A stretch of DNA of 64,000 nt from Octopus vulgaris. Lineage: Eukaryota. The notes beneath the pieces were generated by a model, which did no database searches, had not been told where the DNA came from, and was given only the letters and a program-made list of their open reading frames with translations. Positions 51,092 through 64,000 of this stretch are shown here, one piece after another (the first letter of the stretch is position 1; each line of letters opens with the position of its first letter). The stretch spans positions 54,560,001 to 54,624,000 of the forward strand of contig OX597827.1 of the NCBI GenBank assembly GCA_951406725.2, read 5' to 3'. Both the position numbers and the translations under genes were made by a program.

Positions 51092-52114
51092 ATCATCATC
51101 ATTTAGCATCCATTCTCCATAATGTTGGCATGGGTTGAACAGTTTGACAGAAGTTGGCCAGCTCAAGAGCTGCCTGCAAAATTTTTTTCCCACGAGAGTT
51201 CCGGACCTCAGTTATGAACTCATTTGCATACAGCCAGTCAGAGCTCTACTATCAAACTATCTTATGAGTACATAATGGGTGATGAGAAATAAGATAAGGT
51301 CACTTGGGTAAGGAATGACCAGGCTTGTTTTCACTTTTAAGAATGCTTGTTGTTCTTGTTCTTGTTTCAATTATGGCTACCTCTGCATAGTTATTTGTGT
51401 CATTGTTTACTTTGTAAAACAGTAAGGGGAGAGGGTTGCTAGCACATCACCCTCTACCCACATTTTTCCTACCCACGTCTTTACCATAAAAGGCCCTAAC
51501 AAAATACCATAATAGGTATAGATGTAAATCTATCTAATTACTTGTCTCCTTCTAAAATCAGGCATAACTTGGCGATCGGTAGAGTGTGTTTGTTAACTTG
51601 GCAACAAGGTCGAGGTGAGCTCTGATTAGCTGTATGCAAATGAGTTCATTACTGGGATCTAGAACTCACGTGGGAAAAAATTTTTGTGAACTGTCTGTTT
51701 TGGCATGATTTTTATGGTTGGAAACCCTTCCTAATGCCATCCAATTTACAGGGAGCACTGGGTGCTTTTACATGGCACAGGTATGGGCACTTTTATGTGG
51801 AACCAGTACAGGTGCCTTTATGTGGCACCCATACAGGCATTTTTACATGGCACCAACACAGATACTTTTACATGGCTTCAGCACACTGCAAGACTAAGAT
51901 CTCTTGGCTAAGAGAGGATGTAGAGGACCATGCCTGTATGCATGGAGAGCCATGATTCTACTTAGCTTGACATGACTTCTCAAGCACAGCAAACCTCCAG
52001 AAGTTTCAGTCCCTTGTCTGATCTTTTCTCACCGCTTCATTCCACCTCTTCCTGTTTCTGCCCCTTCCACATGTTCCCTCTACAATTAGAGATCAGAAAT
52101 TTTTGATGCAGCTG

Positions 52115-52115
<1 letters not shown>
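51092..52115 (-). mobile_element. RTE LINE 3' end interrupted by a MITE
   Basis: Family sequence resumes at about 51690 after the insert. Confidence 0.75.
51177..51686. mobile_element. MITE with about 70-bp imperfect TIRs
   Basis: caaaatttttttcccacgagagttc...atttgcatacagccagtcagagctc is mirrored by gagctctgattagctgtatgcaaat...gtgggaaaaaatttttg. Confidence 0.85.
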
Positions 52116-52150
<35 letters not shown>

Positions 52151-52669
52151 ACATACCTTTTACTTGCCTCAGTTATAGGACTGCAGTCATGCTGAGGCAC
52201 TGACTCGAAGTGTTTAGTTGTTCACAGCTTGATGACCAGTCTTCATTGTTTACAGTCTATAACTTAGTAGTTTGACAAAAAGAGATCAATACAATGATTA
52301 CTAGACTTAAAAATGAATACTGGAGTTGATTTAATAAGCTAAACCCTTCAAAGCTGTGGCCAAGCATGGCTCCAATTCAATCCAACGTCTGAAACTACTA
52401 ATAGGGAATATATATATATATATAATAATTTGAGGGAATATTATTCCAAACTTACAGGGAAAAATTCAATTTAGAAATACTAAATCAAATTTCACAAAAT
52501 ATAATATATATATAAATTAGAAAAAAATATATATGTTTTATTTATTATTTTGCACATTACATAATCATCGGTATATTATTTTTTCTCTTATATTTAATAT
52601 TTCTATTATATGTAATTTTCTAGATGGTGCAATTTAATTTTTCATTTTGAATTGATAAAAGGTGGATTT

Positions 52670-52752
<83 letters not shown>

Positions 52753-52784
52753 GCATACATATATGTAATTGTATATATGTATTA

Positions 52785-53130
52785 TCATTATCATCATCAT
52801 TGTTTAACATCCATTTTCCATGCTGGCATGGGTTAGACAGTTCGACTGGAGCTGGTAAGCAGGAGAGCTTCACCAGGATCCAGTCTGTTTTGGTTTGGTT
52901 TGGTTTGGTTTCTAATGCCAACTACAGCGTGTACTTGGTGTTTTCATGTGTTACTGACACACATGCCTTTTACATGTCACCAGTACTGGCCACAACCAGA
53001 ATTTCACTTTGTTTGACAAATCTTCTCAAGCACAGCAAATCCCCAGAAGTCTCAGTCACTTGTCATCGTTTATGTGAGACTCAACAACTGAAGATCACAT
53101 TTCACCACCTCGTCCCCACTCTCCCTGCAT
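52785..53130 (-). mobile_element. RTE LINE 3' end
   Basis: Family similarity, including the ttctcaagcacagc coding end. Confidence 0.78.
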
Positions 53131-53346
53131 CTACCTGTATGTGTGTGCATGTGTGTGTGTGTGTAGATTAAACACTGGAACTGAGAGCTTGTCGTATGAC
53201 TTGAGTTTCATACTTCTGTGATCTTCAGGAGAAACTGTCAAGACTTAGTATTGGTGGTGTATATATAAATTGATGTTTGACGGTGGTTTGGTACTTGTAT
53301 TTATTCTTTGCCTTTTTCTGTGGTTGTGTGTGTTGTTTCTGCGGTG

Positions 53347-53645
53347 TCATCCTCATCATTATCATCATAGTTTAGTGTCTGCTTTCCATGCTGGCATGGG
53401 TTGGACAGTTCAACTGGGGTCTGGGAAGCCAGAAGGCTGCACCAGGCCCAGTCAGATATGGCAATGTTTCTATGGTTGGATGCCCTTCCTAACGCCAACC
53501 ACTCCATGAGTGTAGTGGGTGTATTTTACATGCCAGGCGAGGCTGGCAATGACCACGATCGGATGGTGCTTTTTACATGTCGCAGGCATGGAGGCCAGTC
53601 AGGGCGGCGCTGGTAACGGCCACGTTCGGATGGTTCTCTTATGTG
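53347..53645 (-). mobile_element. RTE LINE 3' end
   Basis: Close to the 9482 and 61945 copies. Confidence 0.8.
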
Positions 53646-54710
53646 CCTGGAATAGTATGTGGACGGGTGCTATTAATTTGTTTGGTAAATTTGGGTGAGT
53701 TGGTAGTAACCACTTTTGTTTATCTGATTATTTTTATTTTTGTTTGATTATCTTTTTGTTTTTGTTTACTTTATTATTTTTTCTGCTTTTGTTTATTTAT
53801 TTAATTTAGCTGGTGTGTAGAGTTTTTCAGGCGAATGTTTTGAATGAGTTTATTTGAAAAGAGTTTATATGGAAAGGTAAGTATGTGTTTTTTAAGTATT
53901 CTATGTATGTGTTTATGTATGCTGTGTGTGTGTGTGTGCACGTGCACATGTGTGTATGCATGTGTAGTAGATTTTTTTGCATTTATTGGAAACTCTGTCT
54001 ACAAGTATGGATCTTGAGTTCCCAAAATTAACATAGGAACTGAGAAGCTTCAGTTGCATTTGTGATGCTAAACAAATGTATCTATTCTGACCAGGACTTG
54101 AAACTCTCCACCAGACTCTCCACATGTAGGATGTTTGCATCATCATATCCTTGCTATATTCATCTTGTTCCATGAGTATAGCATGATCATCATGAACCCA
54201 TGATGGGACCCATATTTATTGCACATCAAAATACTTCAGAGATTTCCCTAGAAATGTGTATCTCCAAACAATAAGACTGTCCCTTTCCTTGATGACATGT
54301 CAGTTTTGGAGGATTTTTTAATGTTGAAATTATCTCCCCTTTTCAAGTTGAGTTTGTTAATAATAATTGCTATTTTGGTAATGATGATACATCCTCCAGA
54401 GGCAGAGATAATTTAAATAAATCAAGATTTTTGTTGTAATGTATTTATCTATATTAATACACATGTGTTGGATATCTTTTACAAATGACATGGAAATGCT
54501 AGAAAGGGTAGGCTGACTCAGTATGGAAAATTACCTCATTAACTATGACATGCAATGGCTTAGTCATGATATCTGTCTTCATGATATCAGATTTCCAAAG
54601 TGTGGTGGTGATCGTGATAACTTTCATCTGCTTCCAAGTAAGTAAATATTTCCCCATAATCAGACTTCTTCTCACAGAAATGAACAAAGGACACTACTTG
54701 CATGACAGTA

Positions 54711-55081
<371 letters not shown>

Positions 55082-55783
55082 CAACAAGCTTCTTTCAGTT
55101 TCTGTCTACCAAATCCACTTACATCACAAGGTTTTGATTGTCACAGGGCTCCAGCAATAGACACTTACCTAAGGTACTTCACAGTGGGACTGAACCCAGA
55201 ACCATGTGGCTAGGAAGTAAACTTCTTACCTCACACCATGCATGCACCTACACAGCCACACCTGTACCTATTTAGCTATGCTTTCATCTGATTACTGAAT
55301 AGAAAATTAATTCTGTCTGAGTGTCTCCAGTGCAAATAAAGAAGAGATGCCATGACTTCAGATTACTCTGTCAAATATAATGCTTATTTATTCACATTGT
55401 CTTGAATTAACCATGCTTAATTTTGCAGCTTTGAGATTTCAATGATATGATTCTTTAGTTTAAAAATGACCTTGTAGAGTAAACTAGAGAAGCTGGATTT
55501 AGGTGGTTTGAATATAAAACAGATAGAATATTTTGGCCGGATATGGCTGGTATGAATGTTAAAGGGTTAAGTTCTTGAACTGATCACTGAGAATATTTTG
55601 CATTGAACAGAAGGACTGCAGTTCAAATTGCTCATTAAACTGTGAAATGCCCCCAAACCAGAGGATATTGAAACACTGCATGATAGAAGGTAATCTCAAC
55701 TATATAGTCTGTAGTCACATTATGTTTACAAAAGTCAAACTTGTCATATATGAAAGGTTACACATCAGGAGATAACACAGGTG

Positions 55784-55825
<42 letters not shown>

Positions 55826-55903
55826 CAGACAGACAGGGTCAGTCGCCATGATAGATTGTTAGCCACGACACATTTTTTTTTCTCTCTTGTTTTTTCTGTG
55901 TCC

Positions 55904-55939
55904 CTTTCTGTAGAAGAGCGTAGGCTCGAAACGTAAAAG
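55904..55939 (+). ncRNA. Minimal hammerhead-like motif in a Penelope-type terminal repeat
   Basis: CTTT-CTGTAGA-A-GAGC(GTAG)GCTC-GAAAC-GTA-AAAG. Core position A6 is U. Confidence 0.6.
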
Positions 55940-56026
55940 ACTTTTTCTATTCCTGAGCATTATACTAATACATCTCTTTGTTTTGTACACCACCTGTCTT
56001 CGTCTTTTGTTTTTTTCGTAAACTCT

Positions 56027-56065
<39 letters not shown>

Positions 56066-56164
56066 TAATCCAAACATGAAAACACAAAGAGAAAACACAA
56101 CAACACGAGGATGTGGAACAAATATAGTATTATTGGTTGCTCAGGAAGGAATGGAAGAAGGAGG

Positions 56165-56199
56165 GTTTTACATTTCGAGCGGAGCTCTTCATCAGAAAC
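56165..56199 (-). ncRNA. Minimal type-I hammerhead motif in a Penelope-type terminal repeat
   Basis: GTTT-CTGATGA-A-GAGC(TCC)GCTC-GAAAT-GTA-AAAC. C to T at the CpG of the palindromic stem III. Confidence 0.68.
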
Positions 56200-56657
56200 A
56201 TAGGAAAAGGAAAGATCCAGAGAAGGGAAGACGGGGGAAAAAAAAACGCCAACAGTACACACGAGGTCACATTATATATATATATACACATACACAAACA
56301 CATCCAATGTCATCAGTGGAGTTAGTGTCAAAAGTTGTGCCATCTGCTGCTGGACAGAAATTCCATTTTGGAGAGATGTAGGAGGGTGTAGCTGGTGTTG
56401 GTGGGATTGTTGACCAAATTCTGAGCAACATTTATCACAAAAAATTTTAAAACAAAATCAAAATAGGCTAAGTAGTCACCCAAGACTCTGCGGTAGAAAA
56501 GCTCTCAAACTCCTTTGTTTACATAGAGTTTATAAAGACATGATGCACTACAAATATTTGTACAGCATCCTACCTGCAAGGTACCAGTGCATGATGAGTA
56601 GAAATCATCACCATGAATAAAGAGACTTGTAATTTCCATTTCCTTTCCTTTATGTCT

Positions 56658-57200
<543 letters not shown>

Positions 57201-57239
57201 GTAAGGAGAGACACAAATAAGAAAGAAGAAAACAAAAGA

Positions 57240-57279
57240 CCACTGATGTGGTCACAGGAGTGTGACGAAAGAACTCTGG
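57240..57279 (+). ncRNA. Hammerhead-like motif with a variant core
   Basis: CCA-CTGATGT-G-GTCACA(GGAG)TGTGAC-GAAA-GAAC-TC-TGG: perfect 6-bp stem II, 3-bp stem I, CUC triplet. A9 is U. Confidence 0.55.
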
Positions 57280-57594
57280 CCGAAATAAGATTAAGATTAA
57301 TGTAAAAAATAAATAATACTGAAGCAAAATAACACCAAATATATAGTGCATGTGTTTTTATTGGCTAAACTGGCAAAATGACCATTCCGAAATATAACAA
57401 TATCTGTTTCAACACACGACTTCACATAAAAAATCTTGCACAACAAATATTTAAATATATATATATATATATTTTTATATTACGTTATTAAAAAGCAGAA
57501 AAAATATGTGATTTACTTTTGCTACTTTACTCTACCTCTGGTATTCAAGTACTATTTTTAACACCTTGTTTCACATTTATGTGCTTACTCTGGT

Positions 57595-57621
57595 ATATAT
57601 ATATATATCTGCTTGTGCGTG

Positions 57622-57658
<37 letters not shown>

Positions 57659-58097
57659 GTATCTATGTATGTTTGTAAGTATGTAGCATGCATGTATGTA
57701 TGTTTGTAAGCATATAGCATGCATGTATGCATGTATGTATGTATGTATGTATGTATGTATGTATGTATGTATGTATGTATGTATGTATGTATGTATGTAT
57801 GTATGTATGCATGTGTGTATGTATCATGCATGTATGTATGTATATATGTATGTATATTTGTGTGGTGCAATATAAAGGGCATGACATATAACCAATCTTT
57901 AAAACTTCATGTGGTACTTTATGATTCAAAAGTTTTGTCTGTGAAGAAAAATTTAGATAATTTTGGGGATATTTTGTTGTTCTTCCTCATGGTTGTTTTT
58001 GATATCAATGAGTATGTAATGATCATGCCTCCACTGATGTTTTACAGTAATACAAACATGTGAGTGTGTGTATGTACATATGTATATGTTATATGTA

Positions 58098-58171
<74 letters not shown>

Positions 58172-58415
58172 CATATATATATATATATTTATATGTATAT
58201 ATATGTATATATATATTTGTATATGTAAGAGGGGTACATAAAATATATCTATGTATGTGTGCAAGTGTACAGAAATGTGTATGTGAATGTATGTATGTGT
58301 GTATGTATACATACATATATACACGCATATATACATACACACAAACACATTTTTTAAATATATAATTATATGTAATTTTATGTGCCTCTGTGTGTGTGTG
58401 TGTGTGTGTGTGTGT
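57595..58415. repeat. Cluster of (TA)n, (TATG)n and (TG)n microsatellites
   Basis: Direct reading. Confidence 0.9.
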
Positions 58416-58429
58416 ACAACTATGAATGA

Positions 58430-58850
58430 ATCACTTGGAGGTCTTGGAATGCTTGAGTTTTTGTTGCGTTGTGGAATGTGGAGTGACATTCCTAAAAGAG
58501 ATGTCTACAGTCACCTTCCTAGCTGTAAAACATATGTGCTTCCAGGGATAAGTAACATAAAACTGGTTAAGCTCCAACCAGATGGCTAACTTGTTTGGAA
58601 TGGGGTCTGGCAAGAAGGCGTTGTGTAGTTTGTGTGATTGTGTATTGGGTAGTTGTGATGAGACAGTGGTCAGATGATTTTGATAGATAAATAAACAGAT
58701 ATAGTTTGAGGATTAAGTATGGGAGTGAGAAAGAGATGAAGAGACTTTGAGGTATTTGTGTTTTGGTCTGGAATGCAAGTTGGGGATAAAACAAGTTGGT
58801 GTCATTGGCTTTATTACGCATATGAGAATTTAGCTTCTTCTTTACTGAAT
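58430..58850 (-). pseudogene. Old LINE endonuclease/linker remnant
   Basis: PTCIPD..SLHLFLT, SSDHCLI and WLELNQFYVTYPW, across frameshifts. Confidence 0.6.
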
Positions 58851-58989
58851 GCTTCCTTTATGATGATGCTGTTGATGACTCTGTCGACCAATTCTTGCAT
58901 AGAAGAGTCGATAGCATTGACTGCATGGTATTTTGATGAGGCTGATTTTGCTGAGCCTTCTTCTCCTTCCTTTTCTCTTCTGGTGGTTT

Positions 58990-59275
58990 TAAAGTTTTTG
59001 GTACAGTCTACACCGAGACTGTACCAAGTGGTGCAGTCTAAGGCTTGTATTTCAAATAATTTAGGCTTAATTCTCACGGCTTTCAGTGTTGTTTTGAGTT
59101 GGTCCTTATATCTTCGAAGAGAGTAATCCTGTGGTCTTTTCCCAGAAGTGAGTTCACTGAATAAGACTTGGCTGGATAACCTTGACTCTTCCATTCTTGT
59201 TACATGTCATGACCATCAAAGACAGTATTTCATGATCAGCAATTCGAAACTTTGACTGTTGGCTCTTTCCAATCT
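58990..59275 (-). pseudogene. RTE (BovB-like) ORF C-terminal remnant
   Basis: HVTRMEESRLSSQVLFSELTSGKRP...RRYKDQLKTTLK. Confidence 0.78.
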
Positions 59276-59735
59276 ATTCCAGAAAAAAAAAAGGATACAT
59301 AAAATATTAAGGAAAAAGATAGTAGAGGTAGTAGTGAAATATATGTTCATAGCTCTACGCTCCCTCACCAAGGTTATACTTTAAGAACCTATATCTAATG
59401 TGTGAATCTTCAGTTCACTTCACCCACCTGTATGGGAAGCACCTCAAATAAGGCTGTATAGAATTGTTTACTTTTAGATTGGAATGTGACTGCTGCAATG
59501 GATTTAATGTAAATCAACTAAATGCACAAAGCAACTACATCAAAGGACACTAAAACACTTATCCAGCAGAAACATGTATCAGAATGTAACATGGTGAAAA
59601 TGCTTTAATAAATAAATTTTGAAGAGGTACTATTCCACATTCTTCATTTTGATATTTTGATTATATACTCTGTATTCTACAAAAAATGCATTAAAACAAA
59701 TTCTGGATTTACTCATCAAAAGGATTACAGTTTAA

Positions 59736-60183
59736 CCCTTTTACATTTAACCCTTTTGATACCAACCCGGCCAAAACCAGCTCTGGCTCTGTAGTGCAAA
59801 TGTCTTGTTTTCATAAGTATTGAATTAAAATCTTCCACCAAACCTTAGTCATAATTTATGTTCCCAACACTAGCTTAATGATAACTAAGTTATTTTACTA
59901 AATTCTTTGTTATATTTAAAATTAATTGAATGAAACACAGAACATCTCAAAATAAATATGGTAACGAAAGGGATAAATTATTCTGTAAATGTGATGCTTA
60001 TTTATTTTCTTACTGTTTCAAATTAATCATGCATGACCTTGTAGCTTTGAGATTTCAATTAAGTGACTGTACATCTTTTAGACTAACATATTGGTGTAGG
60101 TGTGAGAAGCCAGATCTGGCCAGTTTGAACATAGGATATGAAGAATATTTGAGCTGGACATGACCAGTTGAAATGTTAAAGGG
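59736..60183. mobile_element. TTAA-type MITE with a second MITE (59751-59972) nested at a TTAA
   Basis: Outer TTAA|CCCTTT...AAAGGG|TTAA. The inner element is the reverse complement of 45591-45809. Confidence 0.85.
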
Positions 60184-60504
60184 TTAATTGATTATCTTAA
60201 ATGATTCTAAATATTTCCTATCTTTTGATGTGGTTTGCCAAGTCTAGATTTTATCTGAGTGCTAATCCCTATTCCTTTATGTTATCAATAAATATGTGTG
60301 GATCTCTCTCTCTCTCTCTCCCTCTGCACTCTTCACATCATCTGTGCTGCCATCTGTCACCTGACTGGCCTGATCCTTCTTCCTCCAGCTTCCCTGCCAA
60401 CTGATATTCACAACTGACCAGACTTTCACCCCTGTTCCTCACTCACTACATTCCCTCCACTTTCTATCCATCTGTCACTGTCATGAATTTACATACCCAC
60501 TCAG

Positions 60505-61250
60505 CATCATCATCATCATCCTCATTTAATGTCCCTTGTCCATGCTGGCATGAGTTGGATGGTTTGATCAGAGCTGGCAAGCTGGGGAACTACACCAGAC
60601 CCCAGCCTGATTTGGCATAGTTTTTATGGCTGGATGCCCTTTCTAACACCAACCACTTAACAGAGTGTGCTGGGTGCTTTTATGCGACATTGCACTGGCA
60701 CTTTTACACAGCATTGAACGGGTGCTTTTGCATGGTGCTGCATGGGCACTTTTATATGATGCCACATGGACGTTTTTATGTGGTACCACTACAAATGCTT
60801 TACACCACCAGAGGGACCAGTTTTAACACTTCTGCTGCAGAGAACAAGTCATCCTATACAATCCTTTGTATCATTTCTCATTACTTTCCTATAACTGACA
60901 AGTTTTCCAACAGGGGTAACCACGTTTCTCTCCAACATCAAAACATCTGTACATGTCTCTCTGTCATACTTAAACTTCCCATCACTTAGCATGAAGACAA
61001 CTCGCTCGCTGCTACAGTCCCTCAGCTGAGAGGTCATCTGTAATTTACTTGGTGATTTCACTGGTGCCAGTACCGTCTAAATAACATCCAGTACACCCTG
61101 TAAAGTGGTTGACATTAGGAAAGGTATCCAGCCATAGAAACTGTGCCAAAGCAGAGAATGGAGCTTGATGTAGTCTTCTGGCTCACTGGCTTCTCTAGAA
61201 ACTGTCCAAACCTTGCCTGCATGGAAAATGTACATTAAATGATGATGATA
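60505..61250. mobile_element. Two opposed RTE 3' ends (60505-60850 minus; 61060-61250 plus)
   Basis: Family similarity and (GAT)n tails. Confidence 0.72.
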
Positions 61251-61259
61251 TTTTCTTTC

Positions 61260-61439
61260 TTTCTTTTATTTGTTTCAGTCATTTGACTGTGGCCATGCTG
61301 GAGCACTGCCTTTAGTCGAGTAAATCGACCCAAGGCTTATTTTTCGTAAGCCTAGCACTTATTCTATCGGGGACGTAAACACACCAGCATCGGTTGTCAA
61401 GTGATGTTGGGGGAGACAAACACAGACACACAAACATAT

Positions 61440-61487
<48 letters not shown>

Positions 61488-61910
61488 GACGGGCTTCTTT
61501 CAGTTTCCATCTACAAATTCACTCACAAGGCTTTGGTTGGCCCGAGGCTATAGTAGAAAACACTTGCCCAAGGTGCCACGCAGTGGGACTGAACCCGGAA
61601 CCATGTGGTTGGTAAGCAAGCTACTTACCACACAGCCACTCCTGCGTATTTATATATCTTTTATCTTTTACTTGTTTCAGTCATTTCACTACAGCCATGC
61701 TGGAGCGCTGCTCCATAGAATTTTAGTCAAATGAATCAATCCCAGTACTTATCTTTTTGAAGCCTGGTACTTATTCTATCAGTCTCTTTTGCTGAACTGC
61801 TATGTTACAGGAACATAAATACACCAATATTGGTTAGCAAGTGATGGCGGGGTGGGGTTTGGGTGGGGGAGACAAACACAGACATGCACACATAAATGTG
61901 TGTGTGTGTA
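61260..61910 (-). mobile_element. SINE A copy (61260-61645) plus the 3' half of another
   Basis: Similarity to other copies. Confidence 0.83.
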
Positions 61911-61944
61911 ATGGTAAATTGGGTGGAGCCAGTGGTCACCAGTT

Positions 61945-62170
61945 CATCATCATCGTTTAACGTCCGTTTTCCATGCTAGCATGGGTTAGACGGTTCGACA
62001 GGGGTCTGGGAAGCCAGGAGGCTGCACCAGGCTCAAGTCTGATCTGGCAGTGTTTCTACAGCTGGATGCCCTTCTTAACGCCAACCACTCAGTGAGTGTA
62101 GTGGGTGCTCCCTACGTACCACCAGCACAGGTGCCAGGGGAGGCTGGCAACGGCCACAATCGATTGGTGA
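61945..62170 (-). mobile_element. RTE LINE 3' end
   Basis: Close reverse-complement match to 9482-9697. Confidence 0.82.
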
Positions 62171-64000
62171 CACGATCAGTTGTAACAGTAAATGTAATGA
62201 TATATGTTGGAGCCAGCAGTTACAAAATTGTAACAGGTATTGCGGTTACAGATGTACAAGATGAAAGAAGAAGAGTGATCGAAATTGTAAACAAACATTT
62301 ATTTACTGTTACTTTGTAAATAGCCAAAACCACGACAGGCTAGCATGATAAATTCATAAAGCATTCAAAGTAAAGATAGATATCATAGTTTTTCCATGCA
62401 TACTTTGTGTTTGTCATCATTGTAGAAGAGAAAGTGAGCTAGAGAAAGTTAGAGAGTCAGGGAAGTTGTGAGTCTCATAGTGGCTGATTGTTTTCTGTCT
62501 CCCTCTGGCCAATTGTCTCAAGTGGTTGTCTTCCTGTGGCCCTCTCTAGTTGCCTCCATTCACCAACTGATTTTGGCTTATGGATTTCTTGTATTTAAAA
62601 CTATACAAAACTAGTTAGAAAAATGGATATATCGCAGAGAACAATAGATTTTGTTGGCGGTGGACCTGTTATCTCAGTTCTAACTTCCATGGCTTTGAAG
62701 AGGTTAAGAGGGTCAAGTGGCAAAGACATAAATCAGCTTAGCAAAGCCACATGTTAAATGTAACTGCTGTCACTATTGTTTTTTTCTGTGAGAAAAATGC
62801 TGTTGAAATATTATGGGAAATTTACTGATCAAGGTTTGAATATACTCTATGCCTCAATGAAGTCACTACATCATTCCCCTACCCCAGAGGGTTTCTAAGA
62901 AAAAGAAGTGAACAATACAGGAACAGAAAGAAACACATGGCTGAGGAAAAATTTCGCATATCGGGAGAGAAGATCAATGAAGTGTATCCAAGACATTTTT
63001 CTATTCAGATAAGTCCGAATAACGATGTTACTTTGCATGCAAAAATGTGCAGTCAGTGACTGGGCTCTGGGAATGAGTTAGTGCATACTTGCATGTAAGG
63101 GTATATGCACAGGTGCAGGGGCACTTTTCAAAATTTACTGTAAAATAAACTCAGGTGAGCGAGTGAGTGTATTCTCAATTCATGATATCATAGATTCTCT
63201 AGCAGGATTGCATTGTGAAATTCCTTGACGAGTTTTTCAGAAGCGAAATGTGTCCAGCACTGTTGTCATGGGTAATTGCTGAGGTTTGCAAGAAAGACAG
63301 TGCAGTATGCTGGAGTGATACACGAGACAGGTAATTTTCCCCATTTATTATGTGACCAAACAGGGGTCTAAGAGAGGGAAGTTATGTCTAAACATGAGCA
63401 CAGAGTATGTGAACATCCGATGTGCATCTAGTCAGGAAAAGAGCTGAGCTGGCACAGACGTGTTGAGAACAAGGCAGTTGAGGCATAATAGAGGTGTGTG
63501 TGTGTGTGTGTGTATATGCAAATGCATGCGCAAGGCTAGGTACCAGGGAAAGGCACACATGTGTGCATAACTAGGTGCAAGGCTGAGGTAAAATGCTAGT
63601 GCAGTGATTACAAATACAGTGTTGAATATGCCAGTGATTGAAGTATTAAATGCCTTGAAATGAGCAGGAGGAAAAGTGAGGCATGGTAGCATGTTGTAAA
63701 GGACAAACAACCTTCTCTTTGTATATGTAACAGACGTGTAGTCTTACAGTGGCGAGTGGTGTCTACAAGGGCATAGAGAGGATGAGAAACAAGTGAGAAA
63801 GGCATGGTGTGGTGCATGAATGTGACAGTGTTAGCATGCAGGTACATGTATGAACAGTGTGTGGTGCAGCAAAAGTAACGAACAGTATAAAAGTGAGTAA
63901 ACAAATGTGATAAACTTAGTCGGAAATAGTGTCCTTTCTTAAAAGTCTATTGCTGAAAGTTAAAAAAAAAAAAAAGGTGTGCATGTAAAGAAAAAGAGGT

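Noticed and set aside
54090-54250. YGSHHG and CYTH fragments as a possible PLA2 catalytic exon
   Set aside because: They are in different frames with stops and lack the key Cys/Asp residues.
62180-63900. Possible solo LTR and Cys/His-rich PHD-like remnants
   Set aside because: No clear TG..CA boundaries, TSD or continuous motif could be established.

Overview
AT-rich, microsatellite-dense eukaryotic DNA made mostly of transposon debris. The repeat repertoire suggests a cephalopod, probably Octopus; this is inferred from recalled SINE/RTE families and was not searched. Nearly all ORFs in the track are microsatellite artefacts. The one convincing intact CDS is a 1004-aa APE-endonuclease/reverse-transcriptase ORF2 of a CR1-group LINE (3199-6213, minus). 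It is preceded by a 5'-truncated ORF1 with two tandem CCCH zinc fingers and sits inside a (TA)n tract. Also present: Ty3/Gypsy remnants, two Tc1/mariner relics, many 5'-truncated RTE copies, several tRNA-derived SINE families (some with clear TSDs, one as a 4-unit tandem array), TTAA-type and hAT-type MITEs, a long fold-back palindrome, a decayed tRNA-Ser(GCT) and a degenerate Penelope-like element. The most interesting signal is at least five minimal type-I hammerhead-ribozyme motifs from different repeat families, mostly beside (TA)n tracts. One pair shows compensatory stem-I changes and one has an unusually long stem II. A few isolated minus-strand candidate exons are also seen, one matching the phospholipase A2 Asp-site motif, but no host gene could be assembled. 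Coordinates of decayed elements are approximate.
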